A stretch of 64,000 bases of DNA, taken from the human T2T-CHM13v2.0 reference genome, Homo sapiens. Below the pieces are notes generated by a model. It was not told the origin of the DNA and ran no database searches. It was given only the letters and a program-made list of their open reading frames with translations. The first letter of the stretch is position 1; every line of letters starts with the position of its first letter. The stretch lies in NCBI RefSeq assembly GCF_009914755.1, contig NC_060931.1; one strand, given 5' to 3'. The position numbers and the translations under genes were made by a program. Below, in pieces: positions 1 to 14,404 of this stretch.

Positions 1-145
1 TACCATAAAATAAAGAACCAAAGTCACATAATCATCTCAATAGATATAGAAAAGCACTTGACCTCCATTGATTATTTATCAAAAAAGGAAACATACTCAA
101 CCTAATAAAAGGCACTTGTGAGAAACCCGCAACTAGCATCATCAA
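1..145 (+). mobile_element. Old L1M ORF2 fragment
   Basis: cataatcatctcaatagatatagaaaagcacttgac and ctcaacctaataaaaggc resemble the L1 RT region. Confidence 0.6.
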
Positions 146-2290
146 GGAACTTTTTGACCTAATGCAAATTTATTAATTTATAGATCATGGAAATACCATC
201 AATCTTAACCTATTCACATTATGTATTTCAAGTTCACGGGCGTATATTCCAAACAAAATTTATTGTCGCCATGTGCTATGAAACCCATTTTTCATGCATT
301 CTTAATTATTGTTTATAGAACCATAATTTTTAAAATCCCTCAAATGAGCAATCTTTTAGCCATTGCTTTTATTTCTCCTTTTTTTTTTTTTTGCAGAATG
401 ACTGATTAAATTTTGTTCATTTTATCTTCTCTGCATTGACTCTTAAATTTGTCCTAATTGTATAATCTTATTGCCACTGCTTTAGTTTAAAACCTTTTAA
501 TTTTTTAAATTGAGCTGTCTTGGTCGGTTGTCTCTTCTTGCTCTCCTTCCTTTATAGGATTTTCCTGATCATTCATTTTTGCCCCTAATCCCATTTCCTT
601 CCAGTCAATAATTTTGTATACTGTCAGATCAATTTACATACAGCATATTTATCACCATTTCATTTGCCTGTTTAAAACTCTTTTTCATTGCCTCATTTTG
701 TATTTGGCTTCAGTTCGTAATTTGTCATTACAGATTCTTTTTTTTTTTTTTTTTTAAGATTCTTGGAAGTTTGTCAGTGTACTCCCTTTCCAGGCTTACC
801 TCTTGTTGGTCATTTTAATGTCGCCTGAAATATTCGTTATTTACTGAAGATGCCCTAAATTTTCCCATCACTATGTATTTGCTTGTTCTGTTCTGTGCCT
901 TCATTTTTTTTTGTTTGTTTGTTTGTTTTCACACATTCTAAGATTCAATTTATGTCCTTCTATAGTTCCATGATCTTGAAGGCTTTTTTTGTTGCCCTAG
1001 TTAGGAGCCATCTTGTCCTCCTATAAATGCTCTTAGCCATATTTTTGTCCTGATGTTTTACCACTTTCTCCTTTGTATTGTACTCATTCATGTGTGTCTC
1101 AATTAATAGATAAATACACTGAGGGAAGGACTTATTTTTGAGTCCTGGTTTTATATCTAGCACAATACTTTGCATATTTTCTGTGTTAAATAAATATATA
1201 ATTTAAAATGAATGAAAACATTTGGAAGCTATTAAACTGGGCTTTCTTTGCTAAGAGCTATTCTCTTGAGAAAAAGAAAAAAAATCATGAGTAGTTTGAT
1301 CAGATGTTCGATACAGGACCAAAAATACATGTGTACTCTTGGAAGTTTTTGATTTGTTTTATTCTGAACAATAATTAACCATTCACAAGACCATAGCGTT
1401 AGTGGTTTTAATTGTGCAACTGCCATTGACAATGAGTATAATTGAGCAGGCATCTGCTTTATTTTCAAAATGAAGAATTTTTCCTTTCCTTTCCTTACTG
1501 CAGAATATTTTAGATTTTATACAATGGGGAAATTAGACTGCTCTATTGAAAAAAATAACTTTTTCTGTTATTTTTTCTGTTATTAACATTCTATTCATAG
1601 TAGCTCTATGAGGAAAACTCGATAAGTTTTTGTAATTTAAAATGGACATTCTAATTTAAAAATATCATTATATTATTTCAGTCTCTTGGCTGTAATGTTT
1701 TCAGGAATCAAGGTTATAATTTGGTGGGTATATTACCCTGATTTTGTCTCCTGCGCTTTTCAAATTCCTTTGAGACATCCTCCATCGGGTAAGACTATAC
1801 TTTCTGCTTGGGCTCTTCCCTTGCTCCATGAAAACCGGGAGGCGCCTTCTGGGAGAAAGCCAGAGGAATTCGCCTACTGTGCTCCGTTGTTTCTTCCAGG
1901 GATCATAGCTGTCAGTTTCTGCTGAATTTGATTCCCCTCTAGGGTCTTCAAATTCTTATTTTTTAGTATTTTTTTTGGCTTTTACAGTTATCAGCATAAG
2001 GACCAGTTAAATGAGAACTGATTTGCTGTACCCAGAATACAAACTCTTGGGCACTTGCATTTTAAAAGAGCAAGTTATTGAAAATTCCATTATTTAATAT
2101 AGGCACATTTAAAATATTGCCCAAGAGAAGTTGAGTCTTAGTTCATGTTGAGAGCTTGAGACAATTTTTTCATGTTACTATTTCTCATGTCATGAGAAGC
2201 AGTCTATTATCAGACTCATCAAAGAGGACCAATATACTATGGCTTAATGTAAATCACTGAATACGTGAAGTTAGTAGTCAAGAAAATTGG

Positions 2291-2656
<366 letters not shown>

Positions 2657-4190
2657 CTACTCCTGTTTTTATGAGATGCCAGTATTTTGCAAAGACAGTA
2701 ATTTTGGTATAAATGTCAATAGATTCATATTAGTATATACTCATCAATCCATAGGTGTCTTAGTGAAGGAACAAATACTCATTTAAGCTATTATAAGGAA
2801 GATATATTAGATACTATAAAGACATATTGCAAACTCATAGGGTAGAAAATCTTTGACCTTATCAGCAACTGGATGTGAGACCTATAACACTATGGAAAAC
2901 ATTTAAAGTTTGCAGTGTTCAAGTCTGTCTCCTCTGGGTTTCCTATTTCTCTCTCTGGCCAGCTAGTTCATTCTTTATTCTCCCTCTGCGGATTGACTTC
3001 TTTGATTTTTCTATCTGTAAAAGGTGGTTGCCCCAAAGAATTTACATCTCCTCCTTTACATGGCCAGTAGAGAATGTATTCCCCAACACATTCCTGAGAA
3101 AGATAATTAACTGGCTAATTAGGGGTTGGTTGTCTCCCTGGTGAACATTTTGGCTGTGGCTGAGAGGGTGGAATCACAGGTTATAAGCATGGCTACCAGA
3201 GTCCACTATGTGGTTGGGGAATAGTTCTTAGATGAGGAGAGGGTTTTGTAAGCTGAAAAGTTGCCTGAAAGGGATCTACCACATCAAATACCTCAGAGAT
3301 CTGAGTGTTTAATTGAGTAGCTGGGATAAATGGAGAAGCTAAAGACAGAAGATGTGTTAATTCTAAGCCTATGACTCTCATATTTATTTAAAAAAAACCT
3401 CTGCATGTATAACCACAAACAGTTATAGGCAAAAGGTTAAAGGAGATTAAATGGTAAATGAGGAATTAATTCAGAATGATGTTACCAATGTTAGCAAGTT
3501 ATAAATCTCAAAATTTTTGTCCTGCTTTAATACCGTGAGATTGCTAAGTAACATCTTAGGAACTACTAATCAAATATAGCAGAAGAGATGCCTAACCAAC
3601 CTAGTTTATATGTTCTTTAAAACACTCTGTATCTTTATTTTGACCACAGAGCCATTCAACGTAATAGGTCCTCAGAAAAAAACAGTGAATGATGATATCA
3701 CTGGAATATGTAGACTTCCAAGTGCTTTCCAACTGTTTTGTTGTTGTTGTTGTTTCTTGCCTTTAGTTTTTACAGATTATACCTTTTAAGTTGACACACC
3801 CATCAATTTTCACTATTATTTTTGGGGCTCTTGATGAACAACAAATAGAAATTCATGGTACTTAAAAATAGTAAAGAGATTAGTATCTAAGATATGAAGG
3901 AATTGAGAGCCAACAAGAATGTGGGATCCTGCACATTTTCTGTAGACAGAATGTATTTGATATTGTAAGTAATGCTCTTTGTTCCAGAATTTCAATCTTG
4001 GGTGATTTTCTTCACGCAAATGTTAATCAGAATAGCTTGTTTACTTTTATGAAAATTAAAATTTGAACCCATAGGTGTGTGCTTAGAATATATACAATTT
4101 GGAAGGTGCAGTACATTATCCACCATGATGTGGAATCATCAATAAATTATATAGTTATATTTTAATACTAGGCATCTGATGTTTGTGTCA

Positions 4191-4615
<425 letters not shown>

Positions 4616-5019
4616 TTACCTAAATTTAAAATAGTATTTTCCAGCTGGTGATGAATGGTATTAGACAAGAGAGGCAAACAATGAAGCAAACAAACACAAA
4701 TTGCAAACATTTAGCCTGTGGTTAAAAATTACACCCATCCTTTTTCTTTTAAATTTTATTTGTATTGTAGATTTTTGTACTGAGGATTAATTTACAGAGT
4801 TCATTCTACTTTGAAGACTTTTTAATTTGCATATAACAACATATTCATTAAAGCTTCTTTATGCTTTTTTTAAAAAGTTCAGCAATTTGTTGTATTTTTT
4901 TGATTTGCTGGTCTGTTGCATGGCCCTATGGTGGAAGTAAAGAAATGTAATGCTTTAAGGAACATATAAATTGGGGGTAGTAAGATGTCTTTATTATTAA
5001 ATAAGGACTAATAATATCA

Positions 5020-5980
5020 GGCAGTTTTTGATGAATACTTATTGAATGATGTAGAAAATGGGTGTTTTAGGAGTTCAGGAAAGGGTATAGCCAACTAGAG
5101 TGGCCTGGCAAGGGCTCCTTGAAGAAAAAACACTGGAATTATTCTTGGAAGTATTTGTTGGTATTTATTTAGGAGAGAAGGTAATCCAGATTAGGCCTTC
5201 TAGAAATGAGAATGCCCACATATATTCAGGGAAGAGTTAAGTAATTTTGATTGCAGTGTTGGGTTTACGTTTGAGAGAATAAGATACGCTTGGAAATATG
5301 TACTAAAGTCAGAATGTTGTAGATGATGAAAGGAGTAGCCTTCTGATGATAGCAGCAGTGTTTTAGGACTGTCAGTCTGTTGATATTACGTGAGAAGGAC
5401 TGGAAGGGAAAGAGATGAGAGGCAGAAAATTAAATGAAAACTACATGAATTGAACTAAGTTGGTGGCTGTCAAAATGGACAGGAGTGGGCAAACTAATAG
5501 GGAGTTGAGGAACAGTCATTAATGATCTTGAGGACTAATTCCCTTATGGACACAAAGGATGTGGAAATGTATCAAAAGATGGTTCTGAAGTTTTAAACCT
5601 GGAAAGTAGTGAAAATAAGAAACTACCAACAAACAAAAAGGAGACAGAAGGAATTAATGTTTTTATGGGAAGATGATTTAGGTTTCAGAGGAGTTGGTTT
5701 TCTTAGTGAAATATGTGAATATATATCAAGCATGCAGTCACAGATGTGGGACTGGAGCTCAGGAGAGAAATGAGGAATAAATCACATTGTGATAAAGGGA
5801 ACAGTAGATGTAAAGGCTACTTTTTAAAGTTTGGGACTCAAAGACAGAAGGAAAATAAGATTACAGATAAAGCATAAGGACCAATGCAAGATTTTTGTTG
5901 AGAAAGTAGGAAAAGTGTGTGTTTGCAGATTGAAAGGAGAAGTGGGTGGATAGGAATAGACTAACAATGCTGAGAGGTAA
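5020..5980 (-). mobile_element. L2 fragment (degenerate)
   Basis: Purine-rich sequence resembling antisense L2, e.g. ctggagctcaggagagaa. Boundaries approximate. Confidence 0.55.
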
Positions 5981-5984
5981 CAAT

Positions 5985-6025
5985 TAAGGGGACTTTACTG
6001 ATGATAAGGGGACTTTACTGATGAT
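5985..6025. repeat. Perfect 20-bp tandem duplication (taaggggactttactgatga x2)
   Basis: Read directly from the sequence. Confidence 0.95.
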
Positions 6026-6596
6026 GAGAAAAAGAAAAATGATCTTAAAATACCTGTGTTTTGAGGTCAGTATTTTATTATACAAGGCCCCAGTCATTGG
6101 ATTCTAGAACAGCAAGTGCCTCAAAAGAGTTACTTGGATTAGTGTATTTTCATGCTTTGGTAGAAACATCACTCTGTCATGTTGATGTTAACCATCTGAA
6201 ATATGAGTGAAACAATGCATTTATATACATCTTTCTGTGTTATATTAATTTGAAATTCTTTTCTGGTTTACCAGTCTTTTTTTGATCACAAATTGCTGAA
6301 AATCTTATTAGCAGCAGTGCCAAATATACAGTATAATTTAGTCCCTGAGTTGAGTTGTTACTAGAGACCCAACTCAATATTCTCCCTGATCATTGGGTAG
6401 TTTGGGTGATGTATTAACAGAGCTAGTACTTATCATTATATTATTTCATCCACATACCGAATAATACTCTAGTGGCTTCATAAATAAATAAAAAATATTT
6501 ACCAGTCTGTTGACATGTTTTGTATTTTCCAAGTGCAATCCTTATTGGACAGAAAATTAAATAAAGTACATTTACTGCCACCTATAGACCTGTGCT

Positions 6597-7405
6597 TATT
6601 TGGGTGCTCTGGTGTCAGGTGCATATATATTTACTATTGTTGTATTCTCTTGCAGTATTGACCCCTTTATTAATGACCTTTTTTGTCTTTTTGTACAGTT
6701 TTTGACTTAAAGTCTATTTTGTCTGGTATCGGTATAGCAAATCCTACTCTGTTGTGTTTTCCATTTGTATGGAATATCTTTTTCCATATCTTTACTTTTA
6801 GTCAGTGTGTCTTTATAGGCGAAGTGAGTTTCTTGAATGCACCAATATTACTGGGTCTTGTTTTTTTTTTTTAAAACGGAGCCTCACTCTGTCGCCCAGG
6901 CTGGAGTGCAGAGGCGCGATCTCTGCTCACTGCAAGCTCCGCCTCCTGGGTTCACACCATCCTCCTGCCTCAGCCTCCTGAGTAGCTGGGACTACAGGCA
7001 CCAACCACCATGCCCGGCTAATTTTTTGTATTTTTAGTAGAGACAGGGTTTCACTGTGTTAGCCAGGATGCTCTCGATCTCCTGACCTCGTGATCTGCCT
7101 GCCTCCGCCTCCTAAAGTCCCAAAGTGCTGGGATTACAGGTGTGAGCCACTGCGCCTGGCCTGGGTCTTGTTTTTTAATTCATTCAGCTACTGTGTGTGT
7201 TTAATCAGGGAATTTAGTTCACTTACATTGTGTTATTATTGATAGGTAAGGACTTACTGCTGGCATTTTGTTACTTGTTTTCTAGTTGTTTTATAACTCT
7301 TCCTTCTTATTATCTTTCTTTGTGGTTACATGATCTCTCTGGTAGCATGTTTTAATTTGCTGCCTTTTGTTTTTAGTGTATCTATTATGGGTTTTTGCCT
7401 TGTGA
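6597..7405 (-). mobile_element. L1M (ORF2 5' region) fragment interrupted by AluY
   Basis: tgggtgctctggtgtcaggtgcatatatattt...gacttaaagtctattttgtctg matches antisense L1 and resumes after the Alu. Confidence 0.75.
6867..7160 (-). mobile_element. AluY
   Basis: tgcaagctccgcc and ttagccaggatg diagnostics; TSD ctgggtcttgtttttt at 6851 and 7161. Confidence 0.95.
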
Positions 7406-7479
7406 TAATTCTTAGATTTTAAATTGGATTGATTTTATAAGTAGAACCTATTGGCAGTAGTAGATTTTTTAACTTTTTA

Positions 7480-7767
<288 letters not shown>

Positions 7768-8482
7768 AGTAGTTGATTTTTTAAAAAGCAGCTGCTTTTC
7801 TTGTGTTGAAGCTCTCAATATGAGTAGTGGCTATGGAAATTCTTTGCAGGTCAGGACTTCGTAGCTTCCTGTGGCCTTTCTATATCTCTTTTTGCAGGTT
7901 TGTTTTAGTATTTATCCACTATGTGTAATAGTGAGTGGTAACAGCATGCACTCCCTAGTACACTAGGGATCACTTTACAGGTCTTGAACCTCTGTAAGCC
8001 CCATTTCTTTATCTATAATCTGTGAATTTATCTGATAAAATTTTGTGCTTTAAAAGAGATAATACATTTTACATGGATTAGCATGTTGCCTGCATCATAG
8101 TAAGCCCTCAGTAAATGTTATGGCATTGCTGCTAATGCTGCTGTAGTTTGGAATATGAGGATTAAATTGTGATTAAAGAGGAATGTTGATTAACTCACTC
8201 AGCACAATATCTAGCACATAGTAGATACCCAATAAAAACGTTCCTTTTACTCCCATGTTCAAATGCCCACCCCGCCTCTTCCCCATGAATAGGAACAAGT
8301 AGATGACTTACTAGCTATAATGAATCTTTTCTTAGATCCCCAACTTGGAAAATGAATGACCAGGTTAATATACTCCTGAATGTTGGTTTTAGAATTAGAT
8401 TTGCATGGTTTTAAAATAGTTTTTCTTAATTGCACATTAAAAATGTGTATATTAACATTAACTGATTTATCTGGTTGTACAG

Positions 8483-8628
8483 ATGCTATTAACTGAGTAC
8501 TTGGATATGAAAAATACTCGTACGGCCTCTGAACCATCAGCTCAACTAAGCTATGCCAGCACTGGACGAGAGTTTGCAGCCTTTTTTGCCAAGAAGAAAC
8601 CTCAAAGGCCAAAAAATTCTCTTTTCAA
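8483..8628 (+). CDS. EXOC4: EXOC4 (Sec8) internal coding exon, 146 nt (probably exon 8)
   Basis: Acceptor ttgtacag|ATG and donor AA|gtaagt. Translates in phase 0 to [48 protein letters not shown] plus AA of a split Lys codon. Recognised as human Sec8 sequence. Confidence 0.96.
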
Positions 8629-9309
8629 GTAAGTATTATTCTGCTGTTAATAGGTTTTAAGAATTGTTAGACTGAAGTAAGATGACTTCCTACTTTATTA
8701 ATAGCCATAACTTTGTCTAGCTTAAGTTGATTGAAGTAATTTAGAGGAAGTGAATATATGTTGAGTTTTATTTATTTTTGTTTTCTGTCAGGTGAAGTGG
8801 TTGTTTTGGGTACAGTTACTGGACTACCTGGAACTCCTAATAAAAATTTCTTGAACTTGTTTCAGGGGAGTTTTATTTAAAATTAAGAGAAATGAAACTC
8901 CCCAATTGTTTCTGGGGAATTTTATATGAAATGAAAGGAAATGAAATATATTAGCCTTGAAAAGGCCCCAAGAGCCAAGAAACAACCTTTGTTAATAAAG
9001 TTATGCAAATGTTTCTAGCTAAGCAGTATTGGGCCTTATGTGGTTACTTGTTTAATAAAAGAACAATCTGGGTTTTTTTTTATCTAATTATAACCTTAGT
9101 TAACTCCATGAACCCATGTGCCCAAAGTGTATATCTCTTGGCAACAGCTAATAGTTAATAATATTGATAATAACTTCAATAGTAACAACAGGTACCACTG
9201 ATTAAGTGTTTCCTAGGTATCAGGCACTGTACTGGGTGAGTTTCCCAAAATAATCTCAGTTAAACATACTTTAAATTTGAGTATACTAAATTTTAGCAGC
9301 AGCAGTAGT

Positions 9310-9545
9310 AGCTAACGTTTATTGAGTTCTTACTAAGTGCTAATCAAGGCATTAAATTATTCTCATAGCTTATTTTATTTACTAATTACAACAACCTTAT
9401 AGGCAAGGGTTGTATTTTTAATACTTTTGTACATATAAAAAAATAGAGACATGAAAGGTTAAGTAATTTACAGAAGGTCTCATAGCTAGCATGTGGTAGA
9501 AGGAGGATTTAAATCCTGGCAGTCTTACTTTAGATCTGTTTTCTT
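9310..9545 (-). mobile_element. MIR
   Basis: aaaggttaagtaatttacagaaggtctcatagctag resembles the MIR core. Confidence 0.65.
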
Positions 9546-9862
9546 TTGAGGATTTAGTAGATATTTAAGAAGTTGTGTCTGTAAATATAAGCATGTAAAG
9601 TGACCACCACTGAAGTATCCCAGTATATTGAATTTATTCTTTTTCAGCAGTTGGAGATCTAATATCTTCTGTTGATTCACATTTGAGGCTTGTTTTTATC
9701 TTAGATTTTTAGTGTTTTTAATAATTAAAGCTTCAACAGTTTATTTATTTTGTGATCTAGCAGAGAGGAGATTTATTTAGTATATCCCTGCCAGAAATGA
9801 AATCTATTCTGTTTATTGAATGCATTCCTTTTTAAACAGTTTTATTCAGAGAGTGGATGCAA

Positions 9863-11250
9863 TATCAGTTACAATGCTTTAGGCTGCAAGTAACATAAAA
9901 CTTTAAATACAATAGATTGAACTATAGGAAAGTTACTATCTCACGTAACAAGGATGAATGTGGAGGTTTCCTTAATTCAACTGTACAATATCATAAAGGA
10001 CTCAGCCCTTTCCATCTCTCTGCATTGCCATCCTCAACACATTAGTAATGTTTTCTATTGCGATCACGAGGTGTATCCATCAGTTCCAGTCCAGTAAAGA
10101 CAGTGTGGGCAAGAAAATTGCATGTGATTCTTCTCCCTGTGAATCTCTCTCTTTAAAAAACATATAGACTTTATTTTTTAGAACAGTTTTAGGTTTATAG
10201 AAAAGTAGAGCAGGAAGTACAGAGAGTTCCTTTATATTCCCCGCTTCTCTGCATTTTACCCTATTTAACATCTTGTATTAGTGTCTGTTTGTTAGAATTG
10301 ATGAACCAGTATTGAGATGTCATTATTAACTAAATTCCATAGTTTACATTAGAGTTCACTCTTTGTGTTGTACAGTTCTAATGGGTTTTGACAAGGCATA
10401 AGTTCCCACCATTACAGTGTCATACAGAACAGTTTCACTGCTCTAAACATCTTCCATTCACCACATATTCATCCCTCCACCCTCCCTAACCCCTGGCAAC
10501 CTCTGATCTTTTGACTATCTCCATAAGTTTTGCTTTTTCCAGAATGTTGTATAGTCAGAATCAGTGTGTAGCCTTTTCAGAATGGCTTCTTTCACTTAGC
10601 AATATGCATTTATCTTTCTTCCACATCTTTTTGTGGCTTGATAGGTGTCTCTTTGTATTGCTGAGTAACATTCCTTTGTGTGGATATGCCATAGCTTGCT
10701 TATTTACCTATTGAAGGACATCTTGCTTGCTTCCAGCTTCTGGCAATCACGAATAAAGCTGCTTTAAACACTCATATGCAGGTTTTGGTGTGGACATAAA
10801 TTTTCAACTCATTTTTGTAAATACCTGGGAGCAACATTACTGGATCATTCAGTGATACTATGTTTAGCTTCATAAGACACTGTCAAACTGTCTTCTAAAG
10901 TGGCTGCACCATTTTAAATCTTTTTAAATTAGTACTTACGAATTATCAGTTTATTAATCATTTCTGCTAATGACAAAACTCTTCAGCAAGTTCCTATTAA
11001 GCTCTAGGATTGGGTCGTAAGCCCATTCCTAAACTAGTCACTGGCAAGGGGAAGCAGATCTCAGTGGTTGTCTTAAACTAGGCAGGTTTCTCTCTGGTGC
11101 TAGGTTTCCAGCTGGAGAGGAAGCCACTTTTTCTGAGCACATGGCTGAGTAAAGAGCAAGGAAGCAGAATGCCCAGATGGAATCAGGGCTATGCCAGCAA
11201 GCACAAAGATAGTAGAAGGAAAAGGTAGTTGGTAGAGGCAACTGACACTG
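9863..11250. mobile_element. MLT1 (MaLR) solo LTR split by an L1MC insertion
   Basis: tatcagttacaatgctttaggctgcaagtaac start (9863-10140), with an LTR-like continuation at ~10980-11250. Confidence 0.55.
10160..10918 (-). mobile_element. L1MC 3' end
   Basis: tagactttattttttagaacagttttaggttt...cagagagttcc is a typical antisense L1MC 3' terminus. Confidence 0.8.
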
Positions 11251-13207
11251 TCTCAGATGCGCCTAAGCAGGCCCTTTTCTTTTCTTTTTTTTTTTTTCTT
11301 TTCTCTATTTCTAGCTCAATTTAACCTTCTAAATATGGAATCATTGCAGAAAACAGGCTTTAGGGTTTAAAGTTCATGCTCTCAACCATCACCGCTGACT
11401 TTCAACCTCAGTCAGACCACATACACATTTTCAAACATTTAGCCAGTGCTTCTGAAGTTGTGGTATTGGAAAAAAAAAAAAAAGAAATTGTTGGAAATGA
11501 ACAAATTGGCTTAAATAATTATTACACATTTTTTATTATTGGGCAGTAATGAAACTTATCACAGACACAGAATTAGGCCGTTATTACAGATTTGTCTGTT
11601 TCCAGTCTTGGTGCTATCATTGAGCCCATGTGTGTCTGAGCAGGTCTCAGTATCTCTGGATATAAACTAAGGAGGTGAGACTCAATCTCTAGTGCCTCTT
11701 TTACTGCAAAATTATATCAGTCTGTGACTTGTTGCAGACATAAAAAGAATTCCTGAGTACCAAAAATACATCAAGTCATAAAGGATTAAGATTTTGACTG
11801 TTTTTATCACATCTGTGGAGGACTTTATTACCCTCTTTAATTACCCTTAGCTAAGGTTAATTAAGTCTGTTTAAGTCCTGCCTTATTGTGCTATGTGTGC
11901 CTCTCTATTCTTTGCTTAAGAGTTTATTTATTTTTTTTCTTTGCCGTATCTGATCAATAGCTGTCAGCATGCTTTTTGGAGGTCAGTGGCTTCTTTTCTG
12001 CACTTGACTGGCAGGTGGCATGTTTGAAGTACTGCACACTTTGCCTTCTTTCCGGCTGTTAGTACCCTCTTAGTTCTTGGCAGGGTGCAGAGAGGGGATC
12101 AAGTAACCCAAGTGTTTCCCTCACAGACTGACATTCATCTCAGTATTCATGTTCCTTGTCAAGGAAAGGATAAAGAAGGCATAATTAAGAAAATGATGGT
12201 GTGCCTGCCTTGTTGCCAGAAACCTATCCCATTAGCACTGTTGCTCGTACTATGTTGCTGCTTTTACCCCTTAGTGGCAGTCATTCTTAGAAGGATTCCT
12301 CCATCTGGCAGGTTGTTATCCTGCCTTTGAAATCTCAGTTTGAAATGGGATCTCTTATCACATCAAAGGATTTACTGTTTGATATGTCATAATTTTATCT
12401 GTTTTTTTTCTTACTTGCACGTTTATCTTAAGACTGATTTGTTTTTGTTATTTCTTTTTGTAGTTATTATTTTAGGTTTTAGAAACCTGTTCTTTATCAT
12501 GAGTCTCTCCCTCCTTCTCCCTCCTTCACCAGTGTTTCTAACCTCTGAAATAGTTCCTGGGTAGGTGTGAACAAATATTGCGTAGCTTGGTATTTTTGAG
12601 AGTATTTTATATTGTAGGCAGCACGTCAAAAAACTAGCAGCCATTTAGAAAAGAAACTGTTTTTTAGGCCATTTAGGGAGAGATTATAGCTGCCTTGCTT
12701 TTCTGGTGCTGTTATTCAGCCACATTTCTAGTATGTCCTTTGTCTAGTCCTCTACCTGTGGAAGTTAGGCATGAGTTCTGCTCTGAGGAGCCAGTGTGTC
12801 TGTGTTGGTAGCTGGCAGTCACTGGTGACTTCTGAGCTGGATGGTAACGTAATTAGAATGACTTCATAGGATGCTTTCGTTGCTGCATGTATAAGGATCC
12901 TGGCTAAAGGCTGATGGGGGTCTGAAAGCAAAAGGAAGTTGGGACAGATCACAGTTGTACCAGTTGAAATGCAGAATAAGCAAAAGATCCAAATACGGTT
13001 GTAAAGGAGCCTTAGCCAGGAATATCGCTCATAAATCAAGGTCTGCGGCAGCTGGCCCTGGCCCTGTCATGGTATAGCCAAAGTGTCTTCATCACGGAAC
13101 ATCGGGGAGCACCACACAGACCAGAGTAGAATAATGTGGAATACAGAGCTGGTCAGCACTTAATTGGTTTACACCTGCTTGTCTGTTTCCCCTGTGTTTC
13201 TCTGCAG

Positions 13208-13296
13208 GTTCGAATCGTCCTCCCATGCCATCAGTATGAGCGCCTATCTGCGAGAACAGAGAAGGGAGCTCTATAGTCGGAGTGGAGAACTGCAAG
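13208..13296 (+). CDS. EXOC4: EXOC4 internal coding exon, 89 nt (probably exon 9)
   Basis: Polypyrimidine tract ...tgtttctctgcag|G and donor AAG|gtgagt. The first G completes AAG (Lys), followed by [29 protein letters not shown] plus G. The frame is continuous with the previous exon. Confidence 0.96.
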
Positions 13297-13929
13297 GTGA
13301 GTGATTGAGCTTCTCTGGAAAAATTAATTTTCTGGAGGAGTATTTCCTTTATTACACATGAGTTTGTGTCCTGCATTCACACGATCCTTTCAAGGTAACA
13401 AACACTTAGTGACTTAATAATTTGTTTCTTCTGTAATTTCCCAGCATCTGCTGCCAAGCAGGTAAAACTATTACTGTGGCCATAGGACTTGTAGACCTGC
13501 TACTGTTCAAGTGGGAATTCAAAGCAAAAAGAGATGAGGCCAGGCTCGTCTTGCTTAAACAGAAGACCTGAGTCCAGTCACAATCTAGGAGAATGTTGGT
13601 CTTCTGCGACTGCCACTGTTACTTCTAATTGTTGTTTTTGACACCTTCTAGAATATGACAGGAGTACCTGAGATTTGGGAAAGGGAAAATGCAACCACTG
13701 TCATTATTTAAAGGGAAAAAGATGCCTCTAAATAGTATGTTATAATCAATATAACTGTGATGAACAGGCTATTTGATACCCATGTATAGTTACCAAAGAG
13801 TTGTAAGCTGAAGAAGAAAATATTTAGAAAATAAATTAAATATAAATAAATATATTAGACTGATAACATTTCCTTCTGTGACAAAAAGATGCTGATCATG
13901 TAAATGTAATGAGTTAAGAAAGGTTTGGA

Positions 13930-14273
<344 letters not shown>

Positions 14274-14344
14274 TTAGGTGTTGGAAGTAGTGGAAGTTGG
14301 GTACAAAGAAATATAAAGCTTAAAGATCTAGTTATGAAAGTAAA

Positions 14345-14404
14345 GTATACATATGTGTGTGTGCATATATACATACACACACAGAGATACACACACACAC
14401 ACAC
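14345..14404. repeat. Compound (TG)/(TA)/(CA) microsatellite
   Basis: Read directly from the sequence. Confidence 0.85.

Noticed and set aside
8259-8612. 117-aa antisense ORF over the first exon
   Set aside because: It is a shadow ORF on the opposite strand of a coding exon.
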